Below the pieces are notes generated by a model, which was not told the origin of the DNA, did no database searches, and saw nothing but the letters and a program-made list of their open reading frames with translations. This document shows positions 1-9,171 of a DNA stretch of 32,000 nt, piece after piece (within the stretch, counting starts at the first letter, position 1; each line of letters opens with the position of its first letter). A program made the translations under genes and the position numbers. The stretch is from positions 30,001-62,000 of the forward strand of contig NJBF01000016.1 of NCBI GenBank assembly GCA_003144275.1, in the 5' to 3' direction. The stretch comes from Candidatus Heimdallarchaeota archaeon B3_Heim. GTDB lineage: Archaea > Asgardarchaeota > Heimdallarchaeia > Hodarchaeales > Hodarchaeaceae.

Positions 1-741
1 ATAGAAAACCCCCAAAGGTAATTTCCCTTTCTCGGTAGCTCTTTTGAAAGCCTCAGTTCTATTTTTTGGATCATATGATTCTTCTAGATAATATACATTT
101 TCCCTGAACCATTTCCACGTGTTTATCTTATTAAATGATACACAAGGTTGGAGGATATCAACAAAAGAATATCCTTTGAAAGAAATAGCTTGTTTAATTA
201 CTTCAAAAGATTTTTCTTGGTCTGCAATTGAAACTCGTGCAACGAAAGCTGCATCTAATGCAATAGCTAGTGCTAATGGATTAAATGGTTCATTGGTAAC
301 ACCTTGTACCTGAACTGGTGTAATAAATCCAAACTGGCTGGTTGGTGAAGCTTGACCTTTGGTTAATCCGTATACCATGTTATCGTGTGCAAGATGGGTA
401 ATATTTGGGTTTCTCAGGATATTATGGATAAAATGGTTACCACCTTCACCAAATGAACATCCATCGCCACTTTCAACAATGACGGTAAGCTCAGGATTAG
501 CTGCTTTAACTGCCATTGCTGCAGCTACTGCTCGTCCGTGTAGACCATTAAAAACGTTAGTTTTCAGATAATGAGGAGTTTTTGCCGCTTGACCTATACC
601 CGATGCCATGACCAATTTTTCAGGCTTTATATCTAATTCAGTTAATGCTTGTTTGACAATTTTTAAAATACTAAAATTTCCACATCCGGGGCACCACGCC
701 ACGTCTGTTTCATGGGGCATATCATAAATACTTGTATCCAT
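1..741 (-). CDS. korB: 2-oxoacid:ferredoxin oxidoreductase beta subunit (3' end runs off the window)
   Basis: Not in the ORF track. Manual translation from ATG 741 gives [23 protein letters not shown]...[13 protein letters not shown]...[15 protein letters not shown]...[10 protein letters not shown]: WCPGCG and TPP-binding GDG...DN motifs. An AGGAG RBS lies 9 nt upstream; an alternative in-frame ATG is at 750. Confidence 0.93.
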   Translation of the reverse strand, partial: MDTSIYDMPHETDVAWCPGCGNFSILKIVKQALTELDIKPEKLVMASGIGQAAKTPHYLKTNVFNGLHGRAVAAAMAVKAANPELTVIVESGDGCSFGEGGNHFIHNILRNPNITHLAHDNMVYGLTKGQASPTSQFGFITPVQVQGVTNEPFNPLALAIALDAAFVARVSIADQEKSFEVIKQAISFKGYSFVDILQPCVSFNKINTWKWFRENVYYLEESYDPKNRTEAFKRATEKGKLPLGVFY

Positions 742-753
742 GTATTTCATCTC

Positions 754-2457
754 CTAAATCTTCTCAATAAACTCCTTCACTTCTTCTACACTGAAAGGCA
801 TACCGTTATATTTCAGAAATTGATCGGGTTTGATGTTGTACTCCAATGTAATCACTTTTCCGAATTGAGCGGTAGCATTGTTTTCAACTACAACAACCTT
901 TTTTGCTTTTTTCAGGTAATCAATAGTATCTTCTGATAATGGATACACTTGTTTGAAATGGAGAAAAGCCACATCTTTTCGGGTCGATAGCTCTAGAGCT
1001 TCTTTCACAGCACTATAGGTTGACCCCCAGCCTATCAGCAAAATAGAATAATCTGTAGGGCCAATTAATTCAGGTTTAACGAAATCTTCTTTTAATAATT
1101 TGAGTTTTTTATATAGACGCTTATCTACCATTTTGGGTCGTAAATCATGGACATCCTCTGTAATGTGGCCTTCTTCATCGTGTTCATCACTATCCACATT
1201 TACTAATCCCGATCCATAACCTGGGATTCCCCGAGGAGAAATGCCATTCTCTGTAAGGAGATATCGTTTGTAGTTTTCATCCGTCTTTTCGATATACTTC
1301 GTATTTTTAATGTTTGTAAGATCCAGATCGGGAAGGCTATAATGTGAATCAACGAGGAATTGATCACTAAGTATGAATACTGGAACTTGATACTTATCTG
1401 CGAGATTAAATGCGTGCTGAGTCAGAAAAAAAGCTTCTTCTGCATTTCCAGGAGCAAAAATTGCCCGTGCGAATTCTCCATGACCGCCATTTAGTACAAA
1501 TTGTAAGTCCTCTTGACCTGTTCGCGTTGGAAGTCCTGTTCCTGGTCCAGGACGCTGTGCTATGTGGAAGACCATTGGAGTTTCTAAAATTCCTGACAAT
1601 GATAGTCCTTCGGTCATAAGAGCAAAACCTCCTCCAGAAGTTGTAATCATTGCTCTTGCACCAGCGTACCATGCGCCAATTCCTTTGTTGACCGCAGCAA
1701 TTTCATCTTCTGCCTGATCTATTATAATCCCAAAATCTTCTGCCTTTTGGGAAAGGAAGACCAATACTCCTGTCGAGGGGGACATAGGATAAGAGGAGAT
1801 AAAGTTGAGTCCTGCTGCGATACTTCCCATTGCGATTGCTTGTGATCCATTTAATGTAAGATAGTTCTTTACTGAATCATCTTTTTGAAGATCAATTTTA
1901 AGTTTCCCATCTTCTAGCATTTGATTCCCGATCTCGCTACCGCGCTGGCAAGCCTTTATATTGTTTTGGAGAATAGTATCTCCTTTTGATGAGAATCTTT
2001 TTGTTAAATATGACTTAGAAATATTCTCTTCTACACCAAAAAGTGCAAGGAATATACCGACAGAGACGATATTTGTATAAATCTTACCACCGATCTCATT
2101 AGCAATTTTAGTAAAGTCAACTTTGATAATATTTGCTCTATTTGGACAGTATTCTTCTGCTATATTCCCCTCTTCCCCAATGATAATAGTTTCTGGTGAA
2201 ATTCTGTGTTCCAAGTGTTTAAGCGCTTTTGAACTTAAAGGAAATAAAATGTCAATTCGATCTATAAAGGCTGATTTTGATTTTTCATCTGAAATACGTA
2301 TTAAAGTGGAGTTAGTTCCTCCTCTAATTCGTGACATGAATTCTGAGGTACTATAGACGTGATAACCAGACAATTTGAGCATTCCAGTTACAAGTTGCTC
2401 AACTGTTGCAATTCCTTGTCCTGCTTCTCCGCATAATACTATTGATACTTCTTTCAT
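754..2457 (-). CDS. korA: 2-oxoacid:ferredoxin oxidoreductase alpha subunit (gamma-alpha fusion)
   Basis: GEAGQG N-terminal motif, SRIRGG, YPMSPST, EDEIAA, TSGGGF, QRPGPGTGLPT, DSDEH; directly upstream of the beta subunit. Confidence 0.95.
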   Translation of the reverse strand: MKEVSIVLCGEAGQGIATVEQLVTGMLKLSGYHVYSTSEFMSRIRGGTNSTLIRISDEKSKSAFIDRIDILFPLSSKALKHLEHRISPETIIIGEEGNIAEEYCPNRANIIKVDFTKIANEIGGKIYTNIVSVGIFLALFGVEENISKSYLTKRFSSKGDTILQNNIKACQRGSEIGNQMLEDGKLKIDLQKDDSVKNYLTLNGSQAIAMGSIAAGLNFISSYPMSPSTGVLVFLSQKAEDFGIIIDQAEDEIAAVNKGIGAWYAGARAMITTSGGGFALMTEGLSLSGILETPMVFHIAQRPGPGTGLPTRTGQEDLQFVLNGGHGEFARAIFAPGNAEEAFFLTQHAFNLADKYQVPVFILSDQFLVDSHYSLPDLDLTNIKNTKYIEKTDENYKRYLLTENGISPRGIPGYGSGLVNVDSDEHDEEGHITEDVHDLRPKMVDKRLYKKLKLLKEDFVKPELIGPTDYSILLIGWGSTYSAVKEALELSTRKDVAFLHFKQVYPLSEDTIDYLKKAKKVVVVENNATAQFGKVITLEYNIKPDQFLKYNGMPFSVEEVKEFIEKI

Positions 2458-2734
2458 ATAAGCATACTTCCGAAAATTTATTTTTTTCTAATCTGTTATG
2501 ATAGATGTGCTCTTCAAGGCAACATAAGGAAACTAAACTCATGTTAAATCGCTTAATGTTCTGTTTATCGAAAGTGGGGAAAAACATTGTGAGCGCTGAT
2601 TTCGCAAAACTCAAACCTAGAGTTAATTTCCCTGAAATTATTTGAATTCTCTCTTCCTTTTTAAGGTTGTAGTCCATGATATCAAGGTGATTCATTAAAT
2701 TCCGTGAAGTTTTTATACCAAATTATTATAAGAA

Positions 2735-3130
2735 GTGATAGGGAAACCATTGGGAACTCATGAAATTATCCAAGCTTTTGAAGCAGTTTTTGGAGAAATG
2801 ATTGACCTTCCAGCATGTATTTCCATATGTGACAATGATGGGCTCCTTATATATTCAGTGGGGGAATGTGCAGACCAATGGGTCTTAGAATCATTGTTAT
2901 CATATCTAATCATGTCATATGAAGCTACTCATGAGAAATTAGCACTAACAGATGAGAAACTCGATAGTCTCGTGATAACTACTGGGAATAAAGTCTATTA
3001 CATTGATAACATTGGGGGAAAGGACGTCCTATATATGATAATTCAAACCACACCAGTCTTAATGAACAAAGTTCTACCTTTTCTTAAAAACATCGTAATT
3101 AATGTTGAAAAATCGTTATCTAGAGGATAA
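2735..3130 (+). CDS. Roadblock/LAMTOR/longin-like small alpha-beta protein
   Basis: 131 aa, GTG start. Helix - ISICDNDGLLIYS hairpin - helix - beta strands - C-terminal helix, the pattern of roadblock/profilin-like folds. Family assignment is by eye. Confidence 0.6.
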   Translation: MIGKPLGTHEIIQAFEAVFGEMIDLPACISICDNDGLLIYSVGECADQWVLESLLSYLIMSYEATHEKLALTDEKLDSLVITTGNKVYYIDNIGGKDVLYMIIQTTPVLMNKVLPFLKNIVINVEKSLSRG

Positions 3131-3383
3131 AATGCTTATAACATCATATAAAAAATGAGAATTCCTCTCAAATCTCTCTTTTATAAGAAATGAGTAGAGT
3201 TTTCCCAATTCTAACGATGCAAAATTTGATTTATCAGGCATAGTTGCCTTAAAACATTTTTTTCGGAAAACATCCCGCCATCAAGTAACTTTTTAATTTC
3301 CTAATATTTCCCCTTGCTCTGTCTAAGGTATGCTAATTGAATATAATTCATCATTTAAAGGAAGATAGATATTCATGACTGAA

Positions 3384-3721
3384 TTTGTCAGACAACCCAG
3401 TAAAACTGAGGTCTGGACAGGATGAATCACGCATCCGCTATCCGGAGAAAACCAATTCAACTAGTGAATTAGCATTCGAGGGACTACTTGGGTCTGGGGG
3501 CTGATATAATACCTTAATTCATCGAATTTCAGAAACCTCTGGGTGTATCCCCCTCGCCTTTGACGGATAACTCGTTTAACGTAGTTACGAGGGAGATATT
3601 CCCAAAATCTTAGTTTGTGTTTAGTTCATCACCTCCTTCCGTAAGGATTTGAGAGGAGGAGTCCTTATAAGAGTTTCAGCGAGAGAGATAAACGAAAATG
3701 AGGATAAACTTTGTCAGACAA
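3384..3721. repeat. 12-bp near-palindromic direct repeat TTTGTCAGACAA (3384-3395 and 3710-3721) bounding a structured intergenic segment
   Basis: Exact 12-mer read at both positions. Because it is nearly palindromic it also forms a 13/14 inverted repeat (3382-3395 vs 3711-3724). Confidence 0.75.
3387..3603 (+). ncRNA. Candidate structured RNA, loosely HEARO/omegaRNA-like, or a non-autonomous IS200/IS605 remnant
   Basis: GC-richer than its flanks, with no credible ORF. Hairpins at 3387-3418 (GTCAGAC..ACCCAG-TAAAA-CTGAGGT-CTGGAC) and 3571-3591. The 5' GTCA start and 3' CGAGGGAGATATTCCC recall HEARO motifs from memory only. Confidence 0.25.
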
Positions 3722-4226
3722 ATTTAATTGAAATTCTGAAGTTTATTTCACGAAGTTATTCTTTGAATGAAGTGCTACATAATTTTTACTCCCCCAAGAT
3801 ACCAATCGTTTCTCAAAAGAAAGCAGCTAATGCTCTTTTGAATATTATATAAAATTTCACTCTTCTAGATGTAGATGAGAAAAAAATTCTCTCATAATTT
3901 TATAAATAAACACTAAAAAGGTTGACTGTGAATTTAATAAACACTACGGATTCTATTCAGACAAATAAAATTGGATTGATGATATCCTTGGAGAATTTGC
4001 ATGAAAAAATGATTCTTGATTGATTTACTTAATCGAAGACTGGAAAAAATAATTATTAAAAGACACTTCTTGTTATCCTTTTCTTGAATAAATCGTGAAG
4101 AACTCAAATCATTATTAGTAGAAGTAAGTGGAGCAACACTTTAATCAATCTGTACAAGATAAGAGTTAAATCAGTAACATGATACGAATTTATAATACTG
4201 ATTTTCGTTTTTAAAGGTAGATACCG

Positions 4227-5312
4227 ATGGGAAAAATAAGAGTAGCAATAGTAGGGCTGGGAAATTGTGCTTCAGCCTTAATTCAAGGAGTTCACTATTA
4301 TCGCAATGAAAAACCAGATACACGGGTTCCAGGATTAATGCATGTTAAATTTGGTGATTATCATGTCCGTGATTTGGAATTCGTTGCTGCGTTTGAAGTC
4401 AATAAAGATAAGATTGGGAAGAAAATTAGTGATGCGATTTGGGTTGAACCCAATTGTACCCCAAAATTCTCCGATATCCCTGATATCGATGTAATCGTTC
4501 AACCTGGACCTATCAATGATGGTGTTGCCTCTCACATGGTAGATTCTTTCCATTGTTATGATGAAGCGAAAATGAGCCCTGTTGATGTGGCTCAAGTCTT
4601 AAAAGATAGTAAAGCCGATGTCTTGGTTAATTTTCTTCCAGTCGGAAGTGAGAAAGCTACACGTGTTTACGCACAAGCATGCCTAGATTCTGGAGTTTCT
4701 CTTGCCAATGGAATTCCTTCGTTTATTGTTTCAGATCCAACGAAAGAATGGCCAAATAAATTTGAAGAGAAGGGTATTCCTATTGCTGGAGATGATATAA
4801 AATCTCAAATCGGAGCTACGATTCTACATCGTGTTCTTACCAAATTAATGTTGGATCGCGGAATCGAAATTGAGAAAACTTATCAATTGAATGTTGGTGG
4901 AAATACTGATTTTGAAAATATGAAGTACGAAGCTCGTTTAACGTCAAAGCGGATAAGTAAAACAGAAGCAGTTACAAGTTTAATGCCCCATGATGTACCA
5001 ACACGAATTGGCCCCTCTGATTATGTACCCTTTTTAGGAGATAGAAAGATCTGTTACTTGATGCTTGAAGGACGAAAATTTGGTGATCAACCTGTCTCTA
5101 TAGAAGCGAAATTGAGTGTCATTGATAGTCCCAATTCTGCAGGTGTTATGATAGACGTCATCCGGGCTTTAAAAATTGCCAGAGATCGTAAAATCGGTGG
5201 TCCATTAATTTCAATGTCTTCGTATTCATTTAAACACCCTCCAGTTCAAGTACCTGATTTTGAGGCTCATGAACGTGTTGAGGCATTTATTCGTGGAGAA
5301 GTAGAAAGGTAA
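4227..5312 (+). CDS. ino1: myo-inositol-1-phosphate synthase
   Basis: GLGNCASAL Rossmann motif, GDDIKSQIGAT, QLNVGGNTDF, SKRISKT, GPSDY, DSPNSAG. Confidence 0.96.
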   Translation: MGKIRVAIVGLGNCASALIQGVHYYRNEKPDTRVPGLMHVKFGDYHVRDLEFVAAFEVNKDKIGKKISDAIWVEPNCTPKFSDIPDIDVIVQPGPINDGVASHMVDSFHCYDEAKMSPVDVAQVLKDSKADVLVNFLPVGSEKATRVYAQACLDSGVSLANGIPSFIVSDPTKEWPNKFEEKGIPIAGDDIKSQIGATILHRVLTKLMLDRGIEIEKTYQLNVGGNTDFENMKYEARLTSKRISKTEAVTSLMPHDVPTRIGPSDYVPFLGDRKICYLMLEGRKFGDQPVSIEAKLSVIDSPNSAGVMIDVIRALKIARDRKIGGPLISMSSYSFKHPPVQVPDFEAHERVEAFIRGEVER

Positions 5313-5327
5313 AATCTTCGACAGCAC

Positions 5328-6266
5328 ATGGTGCTCGATTTGGCAACTAAGTCAATATTTCATGATATTTACGATTTAATTAGATTACCTCTTTGTATAA
5401 TGGGTTCTCTTGCTGGGTTTACTGCAGGATTAATTGTTTTATTAGTTCAGAACCCAGGTTACAATATTATTACTCTACTTTCACAATATTGGCAATTAGG
5501 AGCATTAGGTCTTTCAATTCCATTTCTTATTGTAGGAGCTTCAATGGCTATTAATGATTACCATGATTATGAGGCTGATCGTATAAATGGAAGAATTGAT
5601 AGACCACTTGTTCGAAATTCTAAGCTTAAACCACAATATGTCCTCTATGGGTCACTCTCAATGATTGGGCTTGGAGTTTTGATCTCTCTCTTCCTCTTTA
5701 ATAACAATTTCTTAGTACCTCTTGGTGTTATCATTTTCAGTTTTCTATCAATATCCTACAATTTATGGACCAAAGAAAAAGGAATTTTAGGGAATATCAC
5801 AGTTGCTACAAGTAATACTGCTCCTTACTTATTAACTCTAGTTGCTCTTGATGCTCAAGATCTAGATACTATACTTGTTGTTATCGTAATGGCTATTATC
5901 GTTTTTTGCGGTGTATTGGGACGTGAATTAGTAAAAGGAATTATGGATATCGAAGGTGATCGGAAAACCGATTCTCGGACATTTGCTGTTCAATACGGTC
6001 CCAAAAGAGCTGTACAACTGGCTTCATTCTTTTTTATTCTCTTAATTATTCTCATACCGATACCTATGTTCATTAAATTTCAACATAATTATCTCTATCT
6101 TATTTTGATGGTGATTACTGTTTTTCTGTTTCTCTATACTGTTGGTATTTTATATAATGATCCTTCTATTAAATCAGGAAGAAAAGCTAGATCCTATACT
6201 CGAACTGCACTTTGGATAGGATCTGCAGCATTTTTAGTTGGAGCTATTGCTCTTTCTGGAGTTTAA
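5328..6266 (+). CDS. UbiA-family prenyltransferase, DGGGP (digeranylgeranylglyceryl-phosphate) synthase-like
   Basis: NDYHDYEADRINGRIDRPL and RELVKGIMDIEGDRK Asp-rich motifs; multiple TM helices. Confidence 0.88.
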   Translation: MVLDLATKSIFHDIYDLIRLPLCIMGSLAGFTAGLIVLLVQNPGYNIITLLSQYWQLGALGLSIPFLIVGASMAINDYHDYEADRINGRIDRPLVRNSKLKPQYVLYGSLSMIGLGVLISLFLFNNNFLVPLGVIIFSFLSISYNLWTKEKGILGNITVATSNTAPYLLTLVALDAQDLDTILVVIVMAIIVFCGVLGRELVKGIMDIEGDRKTDSRTFAVQYGPKRAVQLASFFFILLIILIPIPMFIKFQHNYLYLILMVITVFLFLYTVGILYNDPSIKSGRKARSYTRTALWIGSAAFLVGAIALSGV

Positions 6267-6289
6267 ATCACAACTATTAAGGGATAAAA

Positions 6290-7672
6290 TTGTTCGGAGA
6301 ACCAAATAAATTCGCTTGGCAAATTGCTCAGAAGTCTAATCTGCGTGAGGGAACCGATGGAGTATATAAAATTATTAGAATTCTCTATAGATACCAACAA
6401 CAAAAACTAACCAATAAGGAATTTGCAAAATTAGTTGGAATTCCAGTGCCAGTTGTATCAGCTGTTCGGGGGGAATTGATGAAAGCAGAATTTCTGAAAA
6501 CGAAAAATCTTCTTAGCTCAACGGCTATATCATGGACTGAAAAGGAAATGGGATTGCGATTTGAATTCTCCTTCTTCCAAGAGTTTTCTCCTTCTTCTCC
6601 CATACTTTCGTCCGAACATTTGTCATTTTTTAATCCAATAATTAAAGCTCTTGAGGATCGTCCGCCACCTGAATATAAATACGATCAGTCAAGAAGCACT
6701 ACTGAAACCGTATTAAAACGAGCTTTAATAATGGCACGAAATGGGGATGTAGAAGGAAAGAAAATAGTTTTACTCGGTGATGATGATGGATTAACACTGG
6801 CACTCGCGCATCTTGATTGTGCTCGTGAAATATTGGTGATTGATATTGACTCACGAATTTTAAAGTTAATTAATGACTTTACCGAGCGAAATAATTATTC
6901 AACATTGATACGTACTCAATTATGGGATATAAGAACCGCTTTTCCAGAAGAATGGTTGAATTACTTTGATACGTTTGAGATGGATCCACCGTACACTGTT
7001 TCAGGATTTAAACTGTTTGTAAATCGTGCTCTTTCATTAATTAATCCTGATTCAAGCTCACATGGGTACATTTCCTTCGGAAATAAGTCCCCATTTGAAA
7101 AATGGGAGTGTCAAGAGCATTTAAATACACACGGGCTTGTTATTGAGGAATTTATTCCTAATTTCAATAAGTATATTGGAGCAACAATACTTGGAAGTAC
7201 ATCTAATCTGTATACTGTTAGCTCAATCCCACAAAAAGTGTGTAGGACAGAGTTAACGGACCAACAACAAGCAATCTATACTTTTGATGAAGACAAAGTG
7301 AAAGATTTACCAACAGTAGGGTATCAAATAATTGGAGAATTCTATGGAGTGAGTAAAGAAATCTTAACTGATGGTGATCATCTAAAGGGAATCGCCTTAC
7401 TTGGACTAGAGCAGAGTAAACTTCATACTGAGGAAGTTTTTTTAAAAAAGTATTCTCCATACGGAGTATCAATCATCTTTATTTTGGTAGAAAGTCATTG
7501 TCACATCCATACATGGCCTGAACATAACTACTTATCATTGGATTTATTCGTATGTGAAGCGAAGGAAAAAGCCGAAACATTCTTTCACTACTTTTTAAGA
7601 AGGATAAATCCAGTCGATTATCATAAGTTTCAATTTTATCGGGGAAGTCCCCCAATATCAGATGAGTTTTAA
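6290..7672 (+). CDS. Branched-chain polyamine synthase (BpsA/DUF43)-like aminopropyltransferase fused to a C-terminal S-adenosylmethionine decarboxylase-like proenzyme domain
   Basis: VLLGDDD, VIDIDSRIL and FDTFEMDPPYT motifs of the BpsA family. The C-terminal ~120 aa has YSPYGVSIIFILVESHCHIHTWPEHNYLSLDLFVC, the SpeD-type ES|H self-cleavage signature. TTG start. Confidence 0.85.
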   Translation: MFGEPNKFAWQIAQKSNLREGTDGVYKIIRILYRYQQQKLTNKEFAKLVGIPVPVVSAVRGELMKAEFLKTKNLLSSTAISWTEKEMGLRFEFSFFQEFSPSSPILSSEHLSFFNPIIKALEDRPPPEYKYDQSRSTTETVLKRALIMARNGDVEGKKIVLLGDDDGLTLALAHLDCAREILVIDIDSRILKLINDFTERNNYSTLIRTQLWDIRTAFPEEWLNYFDTFEMDPPYTVSGFKLFVNRALSLINPDSSSHGYISFGNKSPFEKWECQEHLNTHGLVIEEFIPNFNKYIGATILGSTSNLYTVSSIPQKVCRTELTDQQQAIYTFDEDKVKDLPTVGYQIIGEFYGVSKEILTDGDHLKGIALLGLEQSKLHTEEVFLKKYSPYGVSIIFILVESHCHIHTWPEHNYLSLDLFVCEAKEKAETFFHYFLRRINPVDYHKFQFYRGSPPISDEF

Positions 7673-7685
7673 GGTGTAAAAGTAA

Positions 7686-8339
7686 ATGTCAAGTCGTTTA
7701 GAAGATCAAAATCATGAATTCAACTTTCTAAACGAACTAGGTAGAAAAGCAGTCCACTTGACCGTGTTAATTATTCCTTTTAGTTACCATGTACTTAAAA
7801 TCGAATTATGGTTCATGATTTTGTCATTATTCGGTGTTTTATGTTTTTTCATTCCGATGGAGCTATACCGTCTTAAGGTCAATCCAAAAACCTGGTTAAA
7901 CTTTATAACTCGGGAAGCAGAAAAAGACGAAGTTGCTAACTATATTCCTTCAACACTTATTTGGTTAGTAGTATTGCTTGGAGTTTACTGGTTTTACTCA
8001 ATTGAAATAGCAGAATTGGCGTTGGTTGCAACTGTACTTGGAGATTCTGCGGCTGCGCTTATTGGAAGAGGAGTAGGGCAACATAGATTGCCTTTTACTA
8101 AGGGGAAAACAATCGAAGGTTATTTGGGAGGAGTAGTATTCACTTATATATTTGGATTTGCCTTTCTATATATAGTTGGAATGCCCTCACTAATCCTACC
8201 TCTCTTACCAGTTGTTGCGATAGCAATATTTGATTTTTTTGAAGATTTACCATATTGGGCAGCCGATAACCTGTTTCACCCATTAATAACGCTTGTTTTT
8301 GCATATATCCTAATTATTCTAGGAATTATTAATGCTTAA
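7686..8339 (+). CDS. Dolichol/phytol kinase-like CTP-dependent polyprenol kinase (cytidylyltransferase superfamily)
   Basis: RKAVH N-terminal motif, GDSAAALIGRGVG and KGKTIEGYLGG motifs; polytopic membrane protein. Confidence 0.85.
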   Translation: MSSRLEDQNHEFNFLNELGRKAVHLTVLIIPFSYHVLKIELWFMILSLFGVLCFFIPMELYRLKVNPKTWLNFITREAEKDEVANYIPSTLIWLVVLLGVYWFYSIEIAELALVATVLGDSAAALIGRGVGQHRLPFTKGKTIEGYLGGVVFTYIFGFAFLYIVGMPSLILPLLPVVAIAIFDFFEDLPYWAADNLFHPLITLVFAYILIILGIINA

Positions 8340-8349
8340 CTCCTCGTTA

Positions 8350-9063
8350 CTATTTTCCTGTTAATGGTATCATCTTATTTGAATTACATACAGTACAATG
8401 ATTATTTTTGATGAAGCAGTTCTTACAAAAAGGCGTACTGCAGCTGGGATTACCACATGTTACCGTAGCTAGAGCATTACATGAATTACATACAGTTTTA
8501 GATCCAAATATATTCCGAGATTGCCCGTAACGCTTGATTCTATAGTAAATAATTATAGAAAGTAGTAAAAGGACGAGAAATAGAAATGGAACAAAGAAAG
8601 GAAGATCAAAGAGTGTTGAGGGAATCTCGGTGGTGTCTAGCAAAATCTCTGATAAACTTACTTGATAGACCAAATCTTCAAGATAAAAGGGATCTGTGAT
8701 ATTATTGAAGGCTTCTCCGCTTGAAAATAACACATCAAATGTTTTAGTGTCACCTGCCTTCATACCCAATATGGCGTTCAAAAATCCGACATTTGGAGGA
8801 ACAGTTAGATCTGGAAATTGTTCGTATAGCTCATTTGGCGCGTTAGGATCGTCTGGATTGTGAACCCAAACAGTACCATTTTGACGCTCTACAATCGCTG
8901 TTTCAATCCACAAAGTATAGTTGAGCTTTACAACGTCATTAAGTTCGACAAGAGTTTCAGGTGTAACGTCTATTCCGCTACTTAGCTGAATACTACTAGG
9001 AGAAGCTGGAATTATTATGAATAAGAAGAAAATTATGTGTAAAAAGTTTCCACGATTCATCAT
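8350..9063 (-). CDS. Type I membrane protein: signal peptide, FKBP-like domain, TM helix, C-terminal Cys8 zinc finger
   Basis: Hydrophobic N-terminus. DVVKLNYTL...GFLNAILGMKAGDTKTFDV is FKBP-like. TM segment FFVPFLFLVLLLLSIIIYY. Cys spacing C-x2-C-x7-C-x4-C-x4-C-x2-C-x6-C-x2-C. Confidence 0.7.
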   Translation of the reverse strand: MMNRGNFLHIIFFLFIIIPASPSSIQLSSGIDVTPETLVELNDVVKLNYTLWIETAIVERQNGTVWVHNPDDPNAPNELYEQFPDLTVPPNVGFLNAILGMKAGDTKTFDVLFSSGEAFNNITDPFYLEDLVYQVSLSEILLDTTEIPSTLFDLPFFVPFLFLVLLLLSIIIYYRIKRYGQSRNIFGSKTVCNSCNALATVTCGNPSCSTPFCKNCFIKNNHCTVCNSNKMIPLTGK

Positions 9064-9171
9064 TAATCACAGGGCTAGTCAATGAATCAGGGATAAGGAG
9101 TGGATTTTTATATTTATTTCTTCTAAATAGAAGAAGAAAAATATTATGCTCTCAGAATATAAACACTTTAA

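Noticed and set aside
119-2356. Short ORFs within korA/korB (119-313, 359-571, 712-936, 1406-1672, 1410-1619, 2123-2356)
   Set aside because: Antisense or alternate-frame shadows of well-conserved genes.
2399-2695. 98-aa minus-strand ORF upstream of korA
   Set aside because: Overlaps the korA start in another frame, lies in the divergent promoter region and has no motifs.
3186-3461. Minus-strand frame with interspersed stops (…MNIYLPLNDENYIQL…), considered as a pseudogene
   Set aside because: No recognisable family motif; consistent with chance in AT-rich DNA.
3375-3464. Small + ORF with an in-frame TGA (MTEFVRQPSKTEVWTG*ITHP...), considered as a selenoprotein
   Set aside because: No redox motif, no recognisable SECIS, no RBS; too short to support.
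3628-3637. ATCACCTCCT, identical to the 16S rRNA anti-Shine-Dalgarno tail
   Set aside because: No other 16S conserved sequence upstream, and as a minus-strand SD it is followed only by GTG-ATG-AAC-TAA.
3649-3852. 67-aa ORF, checked as a possible IscB/TnpB remnant
   Set aside because: No PLMP, HNH or RuvC motifs. GAGGAGTCC nearby resembles RNase P P4, but the downstream RNase P elements are absent.
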